Counted from the first letter of the stretch, positions 48,288 through 59,350 are shown. The stretch: DNA of 64,000 nt from an uncultured Gemmatimonadales bacterium (GCA_963798915.1 CAWCVB010000005.1:409291-473290), one strand, 5' to 3'. Numbers and translations: made by a program. The notes: generated from the sequence alone by a model not told the origin.

Positions 48288-48882
48288 GCTGGACGCAACG
48301 ATGACCCGCCGCGGTTTGCTGGTCGGACTCCTCACGACCGGTGGCGCTGCCATGCTGGGGGCGCAGACCCAGTCCCAGGGTGACAGCCTCGCGGGTGGCG
48401 GCTCCATTGGCACCCTCGGGGCGCCGGGCCTGGCCGGGCGGCCCATGGCCCCGACCACCGCGGCTGACAACGACCTTGCCATTCAGGCGCTCGAAAAGCG
48501 GCTGCGCTGCTCCTGCGGATGCGGACTCGACATCTACACCTGCCGCACGACTGATTTCACCTGCACCTACTCACCGCAGCTCCATCGCGAGATCATGGAG
48601 TTCTGGAACAACGGCCAGTCAGCCGACCAGATCATCGCAGCGTTTGTCCAGGAGTATGGCGAGAAGGCACTGATGGCGCCGCCGCCCCGCGGCTTCAATC
48701 TGGCCGGATATCTGGTCCCGGGCATTCTCATTCTCATGCTGGGTGCCGTGCTCGCGTGGGTGCTGTTGCGCCGGCGGGCGCTGGTGGCGCCCGAGGGCGT
48801 GGCGGAACCACGGGCGATCGATGCCTCCGAAGCCGAGCTGGCAGAATTGAAGCGCGCCATCTCCGACGCGGATGCGGGATGA
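48274..48882 (+). CDS. ccmH: CcmH/CcmL-like cytochrome c biogenesis protein
   Basis: LRCSCGC, QIIAAFVQEYGEKALMAPP followed by a TM helix. Confidence 0.8.
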   Translation: MPVPELDATMTRRGLLVGLLTTGGAAMLGAQTQSQGDSLAGGGSIGTLGAPGLAGRPMAPTTAADNDLAIQALEKRLRCSCGCGLDIYTCRTTDFTCTYSPQLHREIMEFWNNGQSADQIIAAFVQEYGEKALMAPPPRGFNLAGYLVPGILILMLGAVLAWVLLRRRALVAPEGVAEPRAIDASEAELAELKRAISDADAG

Positions 48883-49364
48883 TCTGGGAACTGATCGGTG
48901 CACTGGCGCTGGGAGCCGCCGCCGTCTGGTTTGTACTTGCTCCGGTGGGCCAGCCACTTGCGCCCGAACGCGCCCGGCCTGCGGATCCCTTTGACGTAGA
49001 CGAAACCCCACGCTCGCGCGCTGTCGAGGCGTTGCGCGAAATCGAGTTTGATCGCGCCACCGGCAAGCTGTCGGACGCAGACTACGCCGCGCTCAAGTCC
49101 CGCTATACCGGCCTCGCGGTGCAGGCGATGCGACAGGAACGTGCGGCTGCGCCGGACGATGCCGACCTCGAGGCAATGATTGCCGCTCGACGAGGGCAGG
49201 CGTCCAGCGCCTGCGAGACCTGTGGGCCTCGCCCGGAGCCCGATGCGGTGTTCTGTTCGACCTGCGGCGGCCGGCTCGCGACCGGCCGCCTGTGCATGTC
49301 GTGCGCCGCCCCGGTGCCCGCTGACGGCGTATTCTGCGAGCGTTGTGGAGCCCGCGCCGCCTAG
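48879..49364 (+). CDS. CcmI N-terminus-like protein with C-terminal double zinc ribbon
   Basis: TM, LREIEFDRATGKLSDADYAALK, four CxxC pairs. Confidence 0.7.
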   Translation: MIWELIGALALGAAAVWFVLAPVGQPLAPERARPADPFDVDETPRSRAVEALREIEFDRATGKLSDADYAALKSRYTGLAVQAMRQERAAAPDDADLEAMIAARRGQASSACETCGPRPEPDAVFCSTCGGRLATGRLCMSCAAPVPADGVFCERCGARAA

Positions 49365-49365
49365 T

Positions 49366-49959
49366 CTACATCCGAATCAGCACTCCCATTTCCATCCGCA
49401 CCCAGGCCATGGCCGTTCGCCGGTATCCCTCGGCCAGGTCGTCACCGCTGAACACGCTCTGCGAGATGCCTGACGTCAGCCGGTTCTCGAATCGGAGCGG
49501 CCCCGTGCCGAAGCGCAGGGCGATGCCGGCGCCAGCGCCCAGACGGGTTCGTCGGCTTGCACTGCTCAACGTCCAGATGTCACCGCGGACTGCGAGGTCC
49601 AGCAGGAGCGTGGCCCCGCCGGTGCGGTGTACCGGATGCGCCAGCGACAGCACCACGCCGGTGCGCGAAAACGGCACTGCAGAGAGCTGAACAGCCGATG
49701 CGGAATCCGACGCCCGGAGAGCCGAGGGCTGCACTTCCACGGCGAGACCAAACTCAAGGCTGCCGGCACTGCGACGCACCCCCACGTCCGCACCCAGCCC
49801 TGGGCCAGGTCCAAAGCTGGTGCCGTCACGGTGTGCAGCCGGACTGAACCAGGTCTGACCGATGGCGCCCGTGGTCCACCAGCCGTGCTCCTGGGCCCTG
49901 CCTGCGCTCGGCAGGGCCAGCAGGAGTACGGCGACCGGTGCGATGGTGACCCGGTTCAT
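49366..49959 (-). CDS. Small outer-membrane beta-barrel protein
   Basis: Signal peptide GRA-QE; amphipathic strands; overlaps upstream lipoprotein gene. Confidence 0.6.
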   Translation of the reverse strand: MNRVTIAPVAVLLLALPSAGRAQEHGWWTTGAIGQTWFSPAAHRDGTSFGPGPGLGADVGVRRSAGSLEFGLAVEVQPSALRASDSASAVQLSAVPFSRTGVVLSLAHPVHRTGGATLLLDLAVRGDIWTLSSASRRTRLGAGAGIALRFGTGPLRFENRLTSGISQSVFSGDDLAEGYRRTAMAWVRMEMGVLIRM

Positions 49960-51173
49960 CGCATCTCCAACGCGATGTACCCATTGGTCTCGGCGTTCTT
50001 GCCCTTGATGATCCAGTTGTAGCCGGCGTGCCGCTCGGTCGTGGTGATATCCTCCACCGCATTGCCGATCAGGTCGTCGTTGGTCTTGATCAGCGAGCTT
50101 CCCAGCGACACAACTTGCTGCACCACCGGCAGATATTTCCAGACCTTGCCGTACCATGTGGTAACGTCGTTTCCGCCGGCAAGCCCCTTTACGAGCGCGT
50201 CCACGGCCTGGATGATCGACTTCAGGTCGGTCTGACTGGCCTTCATGACGCAGGGCGTGTCATCGTCCTCCACAAAGAAGAGCCGGAGCGCCTGGCCGGG
50301 GTGGGCGACCTTGAAGTTGTCCAGCTGTGCCTGGCTCATCAGCAACGCGGAGCCGATCCAGTCCTTGTTGTCCTGATTGAAGGAATAGGGCGCGACGGCT
50401 CGTTCGTTGATGCACTGGTACGAGGTGAGTGAATCCGTGCTCCCCTTTTGGCCGAGCACTGAGATCTCGATCTCCGGCGCACCCTTGAGCCAGGACTCGA
50501 AGGTGCTGTTGAGGTGACTCTGCGTGAGGTACAAGCCCGGCACCGGGCCGGATGACGTACTGACGCCGGAGGAGGTGCCGCCGCCGGACGATGTACCACC
50601 GCCGTCACAGTCGGTACACATCGCAAACGACAGGCTGCGCCGCCTGATCGCATTGAAGTCGGTTTCCCGCGGCACGACGGCCAGGACCGGGACATCAGGC
50701 GGGTGGTCGGGATCCAGGGCGATGCGCTTGCCATCGAGTGTGAACCCGACTGGGAGCGTTCCGTCGGCGCCGATGGTGCCCACCAGCAGATCGGGCCCTC
50801 CGTCCCATTTCGCGCGATGCTGCGGCACGGGGAAATAGACCTCCAGCTGCGCTGCGGCGGCCATGTCCACCGCGGCCCCGTCGGCACTGTGCAGGGCGGT
50901 GGCACCTCGCCCACCCGCCGCGGCCAGGAACCGGTCGACCGCGAGTTTGCCTTCGGGCACGGAGGCGCTGTCCAGTGCCTGATGGATATACGCACGAAAA
51001 TCCTCGTGAGCGAGCGCCCGGGAAAACCGGCGGGCAAGTTGCTCCCGCTGGATGTCCTGGTTGGCGCTCGCAGTCCGAGCTACGGCAGGGGTATCTGACT
51101 CCAGGACGGGCGATTCCGTTCCGGTGCTGCATGCCACGGCGATCAGGAGCAGTGGCAGAAGTGACTTCCTCAT
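49956..51173 (-). CDS. Two-domain lipoprotein, possibly DUF3103-like
   Basis: Lipobox AVAC; GGAGG RBS; G/S/T linker; ESWLKGAPEI motif. Confidence 0.7.
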   Translation of the reverse strand: MRKSLLPLLLIAVACSTGTESPVLESDTPAVARTASANQDIQREQLARRFSRALAHEDFRAYIHQALDSASVPEGKLAVDRFLAAAGGRGATALHSADGAAVDMAAAAQLEVYFPVPQHRAKWDGGPDLLVGTIGADGTLPVGFTLDGKRIALDPDHPPDVPVLAVVPRETDFNAIRRRSLSFAMCTDCDGGGTSSGGGTSSGVSTSSGPVPGLYLTQSHLNSTFESWLKGAPEIEISVLGQKGSTDSLTSYQCINERAVAPYSFNQDNKDWIGSALLMSQAQLDNFKVAHPGQALRLFFVEDDDTPCVMKASQTDLKSIIQAVDALVKGLAGGNDVTTWYGKVWKYLPVVQQVVSLGSSLIKTNDDLIGNAVEDITTTERHAGYNWIIKGKNAETNGYIALEMR

Positions 51174-51287
51174 GGTGTCCTCCGGTGGAGTGAAGCTCCA
51201 AGCTCGGAAGGACCGCCATGGTTACCGGTACCGGAGAAACGCGTCCGGTGTTGTAAAAATGAGGTGGGAGATTGCTGCGAGGTTTGT

Positions 51288-53009
51288 CTAGTGCTCGATC
51301 TGCTCCAGCCGGCGCACGGCCAGACTGAGTGAAATCACCGCCGTGCATCCGCAGAGCAGCAGCACGGCGCCCAGCGCCAGCACCAGCCCGGGCGAGAGTC
51401 TGAAGGATTCGCCAGCCTGGTGGGCCCGCATGTACGCGCTGACCGGAATGGCCTCGACCGCAATGAGAAGGCCGAGCAGCGCAATGCCGCTCATCATGAA
51501 CACCAGCCCGCCGAAGCTGGTCGGTATCTGGGCCGCGTTCTCAGTGTCGAACTTCGGGTAGAAGGCACCCAGACAGAGTGCCAGGGCACTGGCCGCGACG
51601 GCGAAGGAGAGGATCGTGCCGCAGCTCACCAGCATCATGAACGACGAGGCATGCAGCAGCAGGTTGGTGGTGATCGTGATCAGGAGCGCCAGGACGGCGA
51701 GCGGGGTGACGCCGAGCCAGAATTTGCTCAGCAGCAGCGTGCGCAAGCGCAACGGACTGGACTGAATGAGCCAGAGCTGGCGGCCCTCAAGCGAGACGGA
51801 CGGGAAAATGAACCGGGCCGCCACGGCCGTGAGCACGAACCCGGCCAACCCCAGGTTCAGGAACACGATGATGGTCACCAGAAAGAATGGGACCTTTTCG
51901 CCCGAAAACAGCGGCAGCGACTGGATGTTGAAGACGTACACCACGACCAGCACACCCAGCAGGATCAACTGGCTCCACTGGGTTGGATCCCGAAAGAACA
52001 CCCGCACGTCCTTGAGCAGGAACTCTCGCCGAGCGGGGCCCATGCCTCCCATGAAGCGGCTGATGATGGCCGACCATGAACGTCCGCGGACAAAGCGCTC
52101 GGCACCTTCCTGGGACTTGCTGTACCCATCGCGAAAGAGCCGGCCGTGGAGCCACCCGCCCATCATGACGAATGCAGCAGCCGTGGTCACGAGGAGCAGA
52201 ATCGGCAAGGGGTCCGCGATGTGGCGGAGCCAGTTCATGATCATGTCCGACGCCCACTGCGTCGGCAGAAAGGGGTTGGTTGGCGCCCGGAGAACGGCGA
52301 GAAAATCCACCAGGCTCTCAAAGCCCTCAGGACGGGCCAGCCGCTCCGGCCGTACGAGGCGGAACAGCAGCGCCACGCCGCCGGCCGCGCCCAGGGCCAC
52401 CAGGGTGAGCAGGTCCCGGATGCGCCGCGCGGGGAAGACATTCACCAGCAGCAACGTGATCCCGGCGCCAACGACGGCTGGCAGAATGATGAACGGCAGC
52501 AGTGCCGCCATCGCGACGAAGGGGAACAGCGGCCCGCCATGGAAGACGATGCCATAGGCGGTGAGGATGGGCACTGCCATCAACAGCACCATCCAGGAGC
52601 TGTGCCCTGCGGTCTCGAGCAGCTTGGCAAGGTACAGGCGGAACCAGTGCAGCGGTGCGGCCACCAGCAGGTCGAGGTCGCGTGCCAGGAAGAAGCTGGA
52701 GAGCGACGTGATCAGGTTCGACAGCAGCAGGATGGCGGCGAAGGCGAGGAAGATGACACCCAGCATCTTGGAGGCGAGGAGCACGCCGATTTCCTGGGTG
52801 CCGACATACCGGAGCACCCGGTAGCAGATCCCGAAGGCGGCAGTCCAGAACAGGGCGCCCACGATCAGGAAAAGGAGCATGCGAGTGCCGCGGCCATGCC
52901 GCCTGCTGCGGCTCCGCGCAAGCGCGCTGCGCCACTTGGGAGCGAGGACGTCACCGAGGCTGGGCTGATGCGGCACCTGCCGCACCGAGACGGGGAGGCC
53001 GCTATTCAT
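51288..53009 (-). CDS. ABC transporter permease (about 12 TM)
   Basis: Multiple TM helices; DLDLLVAAPL and SLEGRQLWLIQSSP motifs; overlaps ATPase gene. Confidence 0.88.
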   Translation of the reverse strand: MNSGLPVSVRQVPHQPSLGDVLAPKWRSALARSRSRRHGRGTRMLLFLIVGALFWTAAFGICYRVLRYVGTQEIGVLLASKMLGVIFLAFAAILLLSNLITSLSSFFLARDLDLLVAAPLHWFRLYLAKLLETAGHSSWMVLLMAVPILTAYGIVFHGGPLFPFVAMAALLPFIILPAVVGAGITLLLVNVFPARRIRDLLTLVALGAAGGVALLFRLVRPERLARPEGFESLVDFLAVLRAPTNPFLPTQWASDMIMNWLRHIADPLPILLLVTTAAAFVMMGGWLHGRLFRDGYSKSQEGAERFVRGRSWSAIISRFMGGMGPARREFLLKDVRVFFRDPTQWSQLILLGVLVVVYVFNIQSLPLFSGEKVPFFLVTIIVFLNLGLAGFVLTAVAARFIFPSVSLEGRQLWLIQSSPLRLRTLLLSKFWLGVTPLAVLALLITITTNLLLHASSFMMLVSCGTILSFAVAASALALCLGAFYPKFDTENAAQIPTSFGGLVFMMSGIALLGLLIAVEAIPVSAYMRAHQAGESFRLSPGLVLALGAVLLLCGCTAVISLSLAVRRLEQIEH

Positions 53010-53760
53010 CAAAGATGGCGTCGAGGCCGACACCCTGAAGGCCGCCCGTGAGGCGCAGGAACAGCGCTTCCAGGCTTTCGTCGCCGGCAATGCTTTGCCG
53101 ACGAAGCTCGGTCATGGTGCCCTCGGCAATGAGTTGGCCGCGCTGGACGATGGCGATCCGGTCGCACATCCCCTCAGCCACCTCCAACGTGTGGGTGCTC
53201 ATCAGGATGGTGCCGCCCCGATCGACATAGGCCCGGAAGAGATCCTTCAGCGTCCTCGCGCTCTTCGGGTCCAGGCCGACCATCGGCTCATCAACGATGA
53301 TGACTTCAGGCCGATGCGCAAAGGCGCTGGAGATGATCAGCTTCTGACGCATCCCATGGCTGTAGCTCTCGGTCAGTTCATCCCGCCACGGCGTCAGCTC
53401 AAAAACTTCCAGCAGTTCATTCATCCTGCGTTCGACGCCGGCACCTTCCTGGCCGTACAGGGCGGCCACGAACCGGACGAACTCGGCCCCGGTCAGTTTC
53501 TCGTACACGTACGGGCGATCGGGGATGTAGCCGATCATCTGCTTGATGACCTGCGGCTTCTCCCAGGTCGGAACGCCGCCGATACGGATCTCGCCGGATG
53601 TTGGCCGGAGGATCTGGGCAATCATCCTCATGGTGGTCGTCTTGCCCGCGCCGTTGGGGCCAAGGAACCCGTACAGCGTGCCTCTTGGCACCTTGAGGGA
53701 CAAGTCATCGACGGCGGTAAAGTTGCCATAGTGCTTGACGAGGTGCTCGACTTCGATCAT
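53002..53760 (-). CDS. ABC transporter ATP-binding protein
   Basis: GPNGAGKT, YSHGMRQK, IIVDEP, STH. Confidence 0.95.
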   Translation of the reverse strand: MIEVEHLVKHYGNFTAVDDLSLKVPRGTLYGFLGPNGAGKTTTMRMIAQILRPTSGEIRIGGVPTWEKPQVIKQMIGYIPDRPYVYEKLTGAEFVRFVAALYGQEGAGVERRMNELLEVFELTPWRDELTESYSHGMRQKLIISSAFAHRPEVIIVDEPMVGLDPKSARTLKDLFRAYVDRGGTILMSTHTLEVAEGMCDRIAIVQRGQLIAEGTMTELRRQSIAGDESLEALFLRLTGGLQGVGLDAIFDE

Positions 53761-55091
53761 TGCGGGAGTCTCTCGAGGGAAGCCAGCAGGCCGCGGTACT
53801 GGATGGGACCGCCGCCACTCCTGGCGCGAACGATGTGAAGCGTCGAATCCGCCTGGACCCGCCCCGTGTTGAGGTCGGCCGCCAGCCAGTGCTCCAGGAA
53901 GACCTGCGGCAGCAGCACCGGTGACCATCCGGACGAGTCCCGCCGCGCGCCAAGGGTCAGGCGAGCCGGGATGTGGTGGTGACGGAGCGTCGCGATGAAG
54001 AGCCGAGCCCGGCCCAGCTCCGACCCGCGGCGGGACGCCAGTGTCGCGATGGCATCGTCATCCTGCCCATCGCCACCGATCCGGCGGGAAACCCAGCGGG
54101 CCAGGCCGCTGACGGAATCGGCCCGGCTGGTGGCGCCACGGAAGGCCCCCGCCGTCCTGGCGCTGATCGCCGGATCCTCGGCGGGAAAGTCCAGCGTCTC
54201 AGCCGTATCCTCGGCCATCAGCAGATCGGGAAGGGCAGGCGGAAAGCGATGAAGTTCCTCGGTGATGGTCGGCCGCGCGCCGTTCCGGAAATTGAGATGC
54301 GCGATCTCGAAGGCGGTCCGTTCGAGCAGTAGCCCGTTGGGCAGTTGAGCGCGGAGCGGGAATCCGGCCGGGTCGAGCCACAGCATGATCGGCGCGCTGC
54401 TGCCAAGTTCGACGAGCAGTCGGGCCTGAATGGTGTCAGTGAGGGCAGGAACCCACTGGCCGCTGGCCCGGTCAAGCCTGGCGCTGTCGACCACGATGAG
54501 CGGGCCCGTGGGCGGCACGGAGACGAACCTGGCACGATGGACCGCCCCGCTCAGCGGGTCCAGGAGGTCCAATGAAATCGTGTCGCGCGGCACCAGCAGC
54601 CCATACACCGAAATCCGGAGAGCTGCCGCAAGCACAGGCAGTGCCCGCGCATCAGCTATTCGTATGGAGCGCACCGTTCGGGTTCCAGTCCGAAGCTGAG
54701 CGCGAAAGACACCGTTGCTGTCCCGGCTTCCCTCCACGACGATGGATGGTGCAAGCCCGGTCGCACGGGCGGTCCAACCGCGCAGTGTCAGCGTCGGAGT
54801 CAGCGTCACCGTCTCGAGATAGCTCTCGATGCTGTCGCGGGTCCCGATGTCGAGCCGCTGTTCCACGCGTGCGCCATCCGCCAGCGTGTCGGCAGTGAAT
54901 GACGCAGTGCCCACCTGGATGCCACCGGCGTACACCGCGTAGAACCTGCTGCCTGGGGCAAGTCGGTTGGATGCTGTTATTCCGGGCTCGAATCCGCGGC
55001 CCGACTGCTGGCGCTTGATCAGCCAGCCGAGGCAGGCAAACCACGATGCCATGACCAGCACTCCGGCGACATGAAGCCGGCGCGGTCTCAT
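53757..55091 (-). CDS. Membrane-anchored transglutaminase-like domain protein, apparently non-catalytic
   Basis: N-terminal TM; LARWV, ATLASRRG, ARLFIATLR..IPARLTLG fold motifs but no catalytic Cys. Confidence 0.7.
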   Translation of the reverse strand: MRPRRLHVAGVLVMASWFACLGWLIKRQQSGRGFEPGITASNRLAPGSRFYAVYAGGIQVGTASFTADTLADGARVEQRLDIGTRDSIESYLETVTLTPTLTLRGWTARATGLAPSIVVEGSRDSNGVFRAQLRTGTRTVRSIRIADARALPVLAAALRISVYGLLVPRDTISLDLLDPLSGAVHRARFVSVPPTGPLIVVDSARLDRASGQWVPALTDTIQARLLVELGSSAPIMLWLDPAGFPLRAQLPNGLLLERTAFEIAHLNFRNGARPTITEELHRFPPALPDLLMAEDTAETLDFPAEDPAISARTAGAFRGATSRADSVSGLARWVSRRIGGDGQDDDAIATLASRRGSELGRARLFIATLRHHHIPARLTLGARRDSSGWSPVLLPQVFLEHWLAADLNTGRVQADSTLHIVRARSGGGPIQYRGLLASLERLPQ

Positions 55092-55582
55092 GGCCCGCCG
55101 CGGCCGATCGCCGCTTCGACGAGTTCCCGCTCGGCTTCCCGTTCCACGACAATCGTCAGCTCCGGCATCGGTCGTGGCCCTGCGCCGAGTGTCTCGACCA
55201 TGAGCGCCGCGGCCTCCTCGATGTCGAGCAGCCCGGGTCCGGTGCCGAGCGGCGCGCTGGCCAGCCGCTTCAGTCCCCACTCGCTGGCGCGTCGCCACGC
55301 CGAGGCAAGCGCACGGCGCAGGACCTCGGGCGTGATCGCCGAGTCCCGATCCTGGAGAATGACGTGCAACATGAATGGCGCTGACAGTTCGCCAGCCCTC
55401 GTAATGACAGCCGAGCCGGCATCCAGCGGCATCGCGGTGCGGCAGTCGGCGGCAAATGCGGGACCCGCCTGGCGGTCGAGTCGGACTCCGGCCGCCGTCA
55501 CCGGTTCCAGCCGATCGTTGGCAGCCCGGAGTATCGCGTCCGCTTCAATAAACGCGAGATCATCGACGACGCATCGAATCAC
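55088..55582 (-). CDS. Macro-domain protein (divergent)
   Basis: DDLAFIEADAILRAAN, GSAVITRAGELSA, APLGTG; GTG at 55582 overlaps upstream stop. Confidence 0.75.
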   Translation of the reverse strand: MIRCVVDDLAFIEADAILRAANDRLEPVTAAGVRLDRQAGPAFAADCRTAMPLDAGSAVITRAGELSAPFMLHVILQDRDSAITPEVLRRALASAWRRASEWGLKRLASAPLGTGPGLLDIEEAAALMVETLGAGPRPMPELTIVVEREAERELVEAAIGRGGP

Positions 55583-56256
55583 AGATCGAATCCCTGGGCT
55601 CGGCGATAGGCCTGGGCCGCTTCCTCGGGCCGGTTCAGCCGGTCCAGGACGCGGCCGTAAATGTGCCACGCACGGCGGTCGGCCGGATTGCGCTCTGTCG
55701 CCTTGGCCAATGCTTCGGCGGCGGCCGGCAGTTGGCTGGCGCGGTTCAGCGCATCACCCAGCGACACGTGAATGCCGGGACGGTCGGGCTGCAGCGCGAG
55801 GGCGCGCTGAAGCAGCTCGGCGGCCTCTTGCACCAGGCCGCGGTTCATGAGCACCACTCCCAGCTCATGCAATGCCGGCGCGTGTGCCGGATGCAGCCGC
55901 AGCACTCGGCGAAGGTCGGCCTCGGCCTCGGGATATTGTCGCAGGCGCCCTCGCAGCGCGCCCCGAACCACGAGGTACTCGGTCTGGTCAGGCGCCGCCT
56001 GGATCGCCTCATCCAGCGATCGAAGTGCCGCCTCGGGTTCTTCGGCCAGTTCCAGTGCCCGGGCATGGCCAATCCTGGCCTCCACGAACGTGGGCATCGC
56101 CGCAAGTGCCGCCGCGTAACGTGCGGAGGCATCGGCATAGCGGCCTTCACGCCACGCAGCTTCCGCCGCCTGGAAGGCGGCATCGGCGGCCCGCCGGACT
56201 TCGGCCTTCTGCTTGTCCGGCTCCTCAGGGGTGGCGGAGGGGCTGGGTTTGTCCAT
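55579..56256 (-). CDS. TPR protein
   Basis: About six TPR-like repeats. Confidence 0.85.
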   Translation of the reverse strand: MDKPSPSATPEEPDKQKAEVRRAADAAFQAAEAAWREGRYADASARYAAALAAMPTFVEARIGHARALELAEEPEAALRSLDEAIQAAPDQTEYLVVRGALRGRLRQYPEAEADLRRVLRLHPAHAPALHELGVVLMNRGLVQEAAELLQRALALQPDRPGIHVSLGDALNRASQLPAAAEALAKATERNPADRRAWHIYGRVLDRLNRPEEAAQAYRRAQGFDL

Positions 56257-56403
56257 GAAAAACTCCGGATGCCGGCAGCGCCGGCTGCTCAGGAATGTGC
56301 GGAACAGTAGAAAAAGCCGTGCCGCTGCGGAAGTTGGCCTCACGGCCGCCGGTCGCAAACCTCTCATTGAAGCAGGTCCGGCTTTCGGGTATCTTTCGGG
56401 GCT

Positions 56404-59280
56404 ATGGCTCAGGAATACCTTGTCGTCCGGGGAGCGCGCGAGCACAACCTCAAGGACATCTCGGTGTCCATCCCGAGGAATCGCCTCACCGTCATTACCG
56501 GCCTCTCCGGCTCAGGCAAGTCTTCGCTTGCCTTCGACACCATCTACGCCGAGGGGCAGCGACGCTACGTCGAGTCGCTGTCCGCGTACGCCCGGCAGTT
56601 TCTCGGGCTCATGGAAAAGCCTGACGTCGATGCCATCGAGGGGCTTTCGCCCGCCATCTCCATCGAGCAGAAGAGCACGGGCCAGAATCCGCGGTCCACC
56701 GTTGGCACCGTCACGGAGATCTACGACTACCTGCGGTTGCTCTGGGCTCGGACCGGCGTGCCTCACTGTCCCAATGACGGCAGCCCAGTGGCACGGCAGA
56801 GCGCGGCGCAGATTGTGGACGCCGTGTTGCAGCTGCCCGAAGGTACCCGTATTGAGGTTCTCGCACCGCTGGTGCGAGGAAGAAAAGGCGAGTTCCGGGA
56901 AATGCTCGAGGACGCGCGCCGGCGCGGCTTCGTCCGGGTGCGGGTAGACGGCGAGACCTACGACCTGGCCGACGTGCCCAAGCTGAATCGTCGCAAGAAC
57001 CACGAGATCGCGCTGGTCGTTGATCGGCTGGTGGCGCGGGCTGCCGACCGCTCGCGGCTGCATGACTCGATCGAGACGGCGCTGAAGGAGGCCGACGGCA
57101 TCGTCGAGGTGATTCGCCACGACGGGCAGGGCGGGCGTGGCGGGAAGGTGTCGTCGGTGTTGTACTCCGAGCGCCTGGCGTGTCCCGTGTGCGGGCTGTC
57201 CCTTCCCGAGCTCGAGCCGCGCCAGTTCTCGTTCAATTCCCCGTATGGCGTCTGCCCCGATTGCAACGGCCTCGGTACCCGCAAGGAAGTGACGCCGGGG
57301 CTCATCCTTGGCGATCCGAGCATTTCCATTCTCGAAGGAGTCGTACTGCCCTGGGGCGAGCCCGGGGGGTATCTCCGCAAGGTCGTGATTCCCACTCTTG
57401 CCCGCACCATCGGGTTCGACCCGGCTGCTCCCTGGGGCGATTTGCCACCGGCCGCGCAGGACGCCCTGCTGCACGGAACCGAAGGCAAGATCCGGTTTGC
57501 TGCCGACGGCGCCAAGGGAAAGACTGCCTACGAGGCAGAATGGGAGGGCATCCTCCGGAACGTCGAGCGGCGCTACCGCGAGTCGACCAGCGACGCGGTG
57601 CGCACCTCGCTCGACCAGTACATGGTCGAGATGCCGTGCAGCACCTGCGGCGGCCACCGGCTCAAGCCCGAGTCGCTCTCGGTGCTGGTGCAGGGCCGCA
57701 GCATCGGCGAAGTCATTGATCTTCCGGTGGACCGCGCGCTCGAATTCGTCTCATCGTTGCCGCTGCGCAGTGGCGAGAACGTGATCGGGCTGGATGCCGA
57801 CGTGGCCGGCCCCATCCTCAAGGAGGTCGCCGACCGTCTGCGCTTCCTGGCCGACGTCGGTCTCGGCTACCTCACCTTGGGGCGTGGCGCCGGCTCGCTC
57901 TCCGGTGGCGAGATGCAGCGCATCCGCCTCGCCACCCAGATTGGGTCGCGACTGGTCGGGGTGCTCTACATCCTGGACGAGCCGAGCATCGGGCTTCACC
58001 AACGAGACAACGAGCGTCTGCTGGATACCCTGCGCGGCCTGCGCGACCTGGGCAACACCGTCATCGTCGTGGAGCACGACGAAGACACCATTCGTGCGGC
58101 CGACCATGTGCTGGATCTCGGCCCCCGTGCGGGGCGGCTGGGTGGCGAAGTCGTGGCTGAGGGCACGCCGGACGAAGTGACAGCGGCACCGGATTCGCTC
58201 ACCGGCCGCTACCTGCGCGGCGAGCTCAGGGTCAACGTGCCGGAGCGGCGCCGGTCCGCCAACGGGCGGGCCATCACCGTCGTCGGCGCGTCTGCCAACA
58301 ATCTCAAAGATCTGGACGTGCGCTTCCCGCTCGGCGTATTCACCGCCGTCACCGGAGTTTCCGGTTCAGGCAAGTCCACGCTCGTCACTGACATTCTCTA
58401 CCAGTCACTGGCACGGCATTTCTATCGGGCGCGGGTTCTTCCGGGGGCGCACCAGCGGATCGATGGATTGGAGCAACTGGACAAGGTCATTGATATTGAC
58501 CAAAGCCCCATCGGTCGGACGCCACGCTCAAACCCGGCAACGTACACCGGGCTGTTCACCCCGATTCGCGAGCTGTTCACCCAGTTGCCCGAGGCCAAGC
58601 TGCGCGGTTATGGCCCGGGTCGGTTCTCATTCAATGTGAAGGGCGGGCGCTGCGAGGCCTGTCAGGGTGACGGGCTGGTCAAGATCGAGATGCATTTCCT
58701 GCCTGACGTTTACGTTCCCTGCGAAGTCTGCAAGGGTCGGCGGTATAACCGCGAGACGCTCGAGGTGCGCTACAAGGGGCGCAGCATCGCTGATGTGCTC
58801 GACCTCACGGTGGCAGACGCGCTGGACTTCTTCGCGAACCAGCGGCGGATCGCCGACCGGCTGGAGCTTCTCAATGACGTCGGCCTGGGGTACATCCATC
58901 TCGGTCAGCCGGCCACGACACTCTCCGGCGGCGAGGCGCAGCGGGTCAAGCTGGCGGCGGAACTCGCCAAGCGCGACACCGGGCGCACGCTCTACATCCT
59001 CGACGAGCCGACCACCGGTCTCCACTTCGAGGACGTGCGGCTTCTGCTCGAGGTCCTGCATCGTCTGGTCGACAAGGGAAACTCGGTCGTTGTCATCGAA
59101 CACAACCTGGACGTAATCAAGACGGCCGACTGGATCATCGACCTTGGGCCGGAGGGCGGTGAGCACGGGGGACGCGTCCTGGCGGAGGGTACGCCGGAGC
59201 AGGTGGCGCAGACCACCGGAAGCTTTACGGGGCAATACCTCCGGAGAGCGCTGCAGGGACGACCCGCCGCCTCGCGCTAG
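56404..59280 (+). CDS. uvrA: Excinuclease ABC subunit A
   Basis: GAREHNLK, two Walker A motifs, LSGGE twice, zinc fingers. Confidence 0.99.
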   Translation: MAQEYLVVRGAREHNLKDISVSIPRNRLTVITGLSGSGKSSLAFDTIYAEGQRRYVESLSAYARQFLGLMEKPDVDAIEGLSPAISIEQKSTGQNPRSTVGTVTEIYDYLRLLWARTGVPHCPNDGSPVARQSAAQIVDAVLQLPEGTRIEVLAPLVRGRKGEFREMLEDARRRGFVRVRVDGETYDLADVPKLNRRKNHEIALVVDRLVARAADRSRLHDSIETALKEADGIVEVIRHDGQGGRGGKVSSVLYSERLACPVCGLSLPELEPRQFSFNSPYGVCPDCNGLGTRKEVTPGLILGDPSISILEGVVLPWGEPGGYLRKVVIPTLARTIGFDPAAPWGDLPPAAQDALLHGTEGKIRFAADGAKGKTAYEAEWEGILRNVERRYRESTSDAVRTSLDQYMVEMPCSTCGGHRLKPESLSVLVQGRSIGEVIDLPVDRALEFVSSLPLRSGENVIGLDADVAGPILKEVADRLRFLADVGLGYLTLGRGAGSLSGGEMQRIRLATQIGSRLVGVLYILDEPSIGLHQRDNERLLDTLRGLRDLGNTVIVVEHDEDTIRAADHVLDLGPRAGRLGGEVVAEGTPDEVTAAPDSLTGRYLRGELRVNVPERRRSANGRAITVVGASANNLKDLDVRFPLGVFTAVTGVSGSGKSTLVTDILYQSLARHFYRARVLPGAHQRIDGLEQLDKVIDIDQSPIGRTPRSNPATYTGLFTPIRELFTQLPEAKLRGYGPGRFSFNVKGGRCEACQGDGLVKIEMHFLPDVYVPCEVCKGRRYNRETLEVRYKGRSIADVLDLTVADALDFFANQRRIADRLELLNDVGLGYIHLGQPATTLSGGEAQRVKLAAELAKRDTGRTLYILDEPTTGLHFEDVRLLLEVLHRLVDKGNSVVVIEHNLDVIKTADWIIDLGPEGGEHGGRVLAEGTPEQVAQTTGSFTGQYLRRALQGRPAASR

Positions 59281-59350
59281 GATCGGAGCACGTCCGTCGC
59301 CCCACTAGCCAGCTACTTGCCGCCGACTAGCTTCAGGCGGAGGAGGCTGC

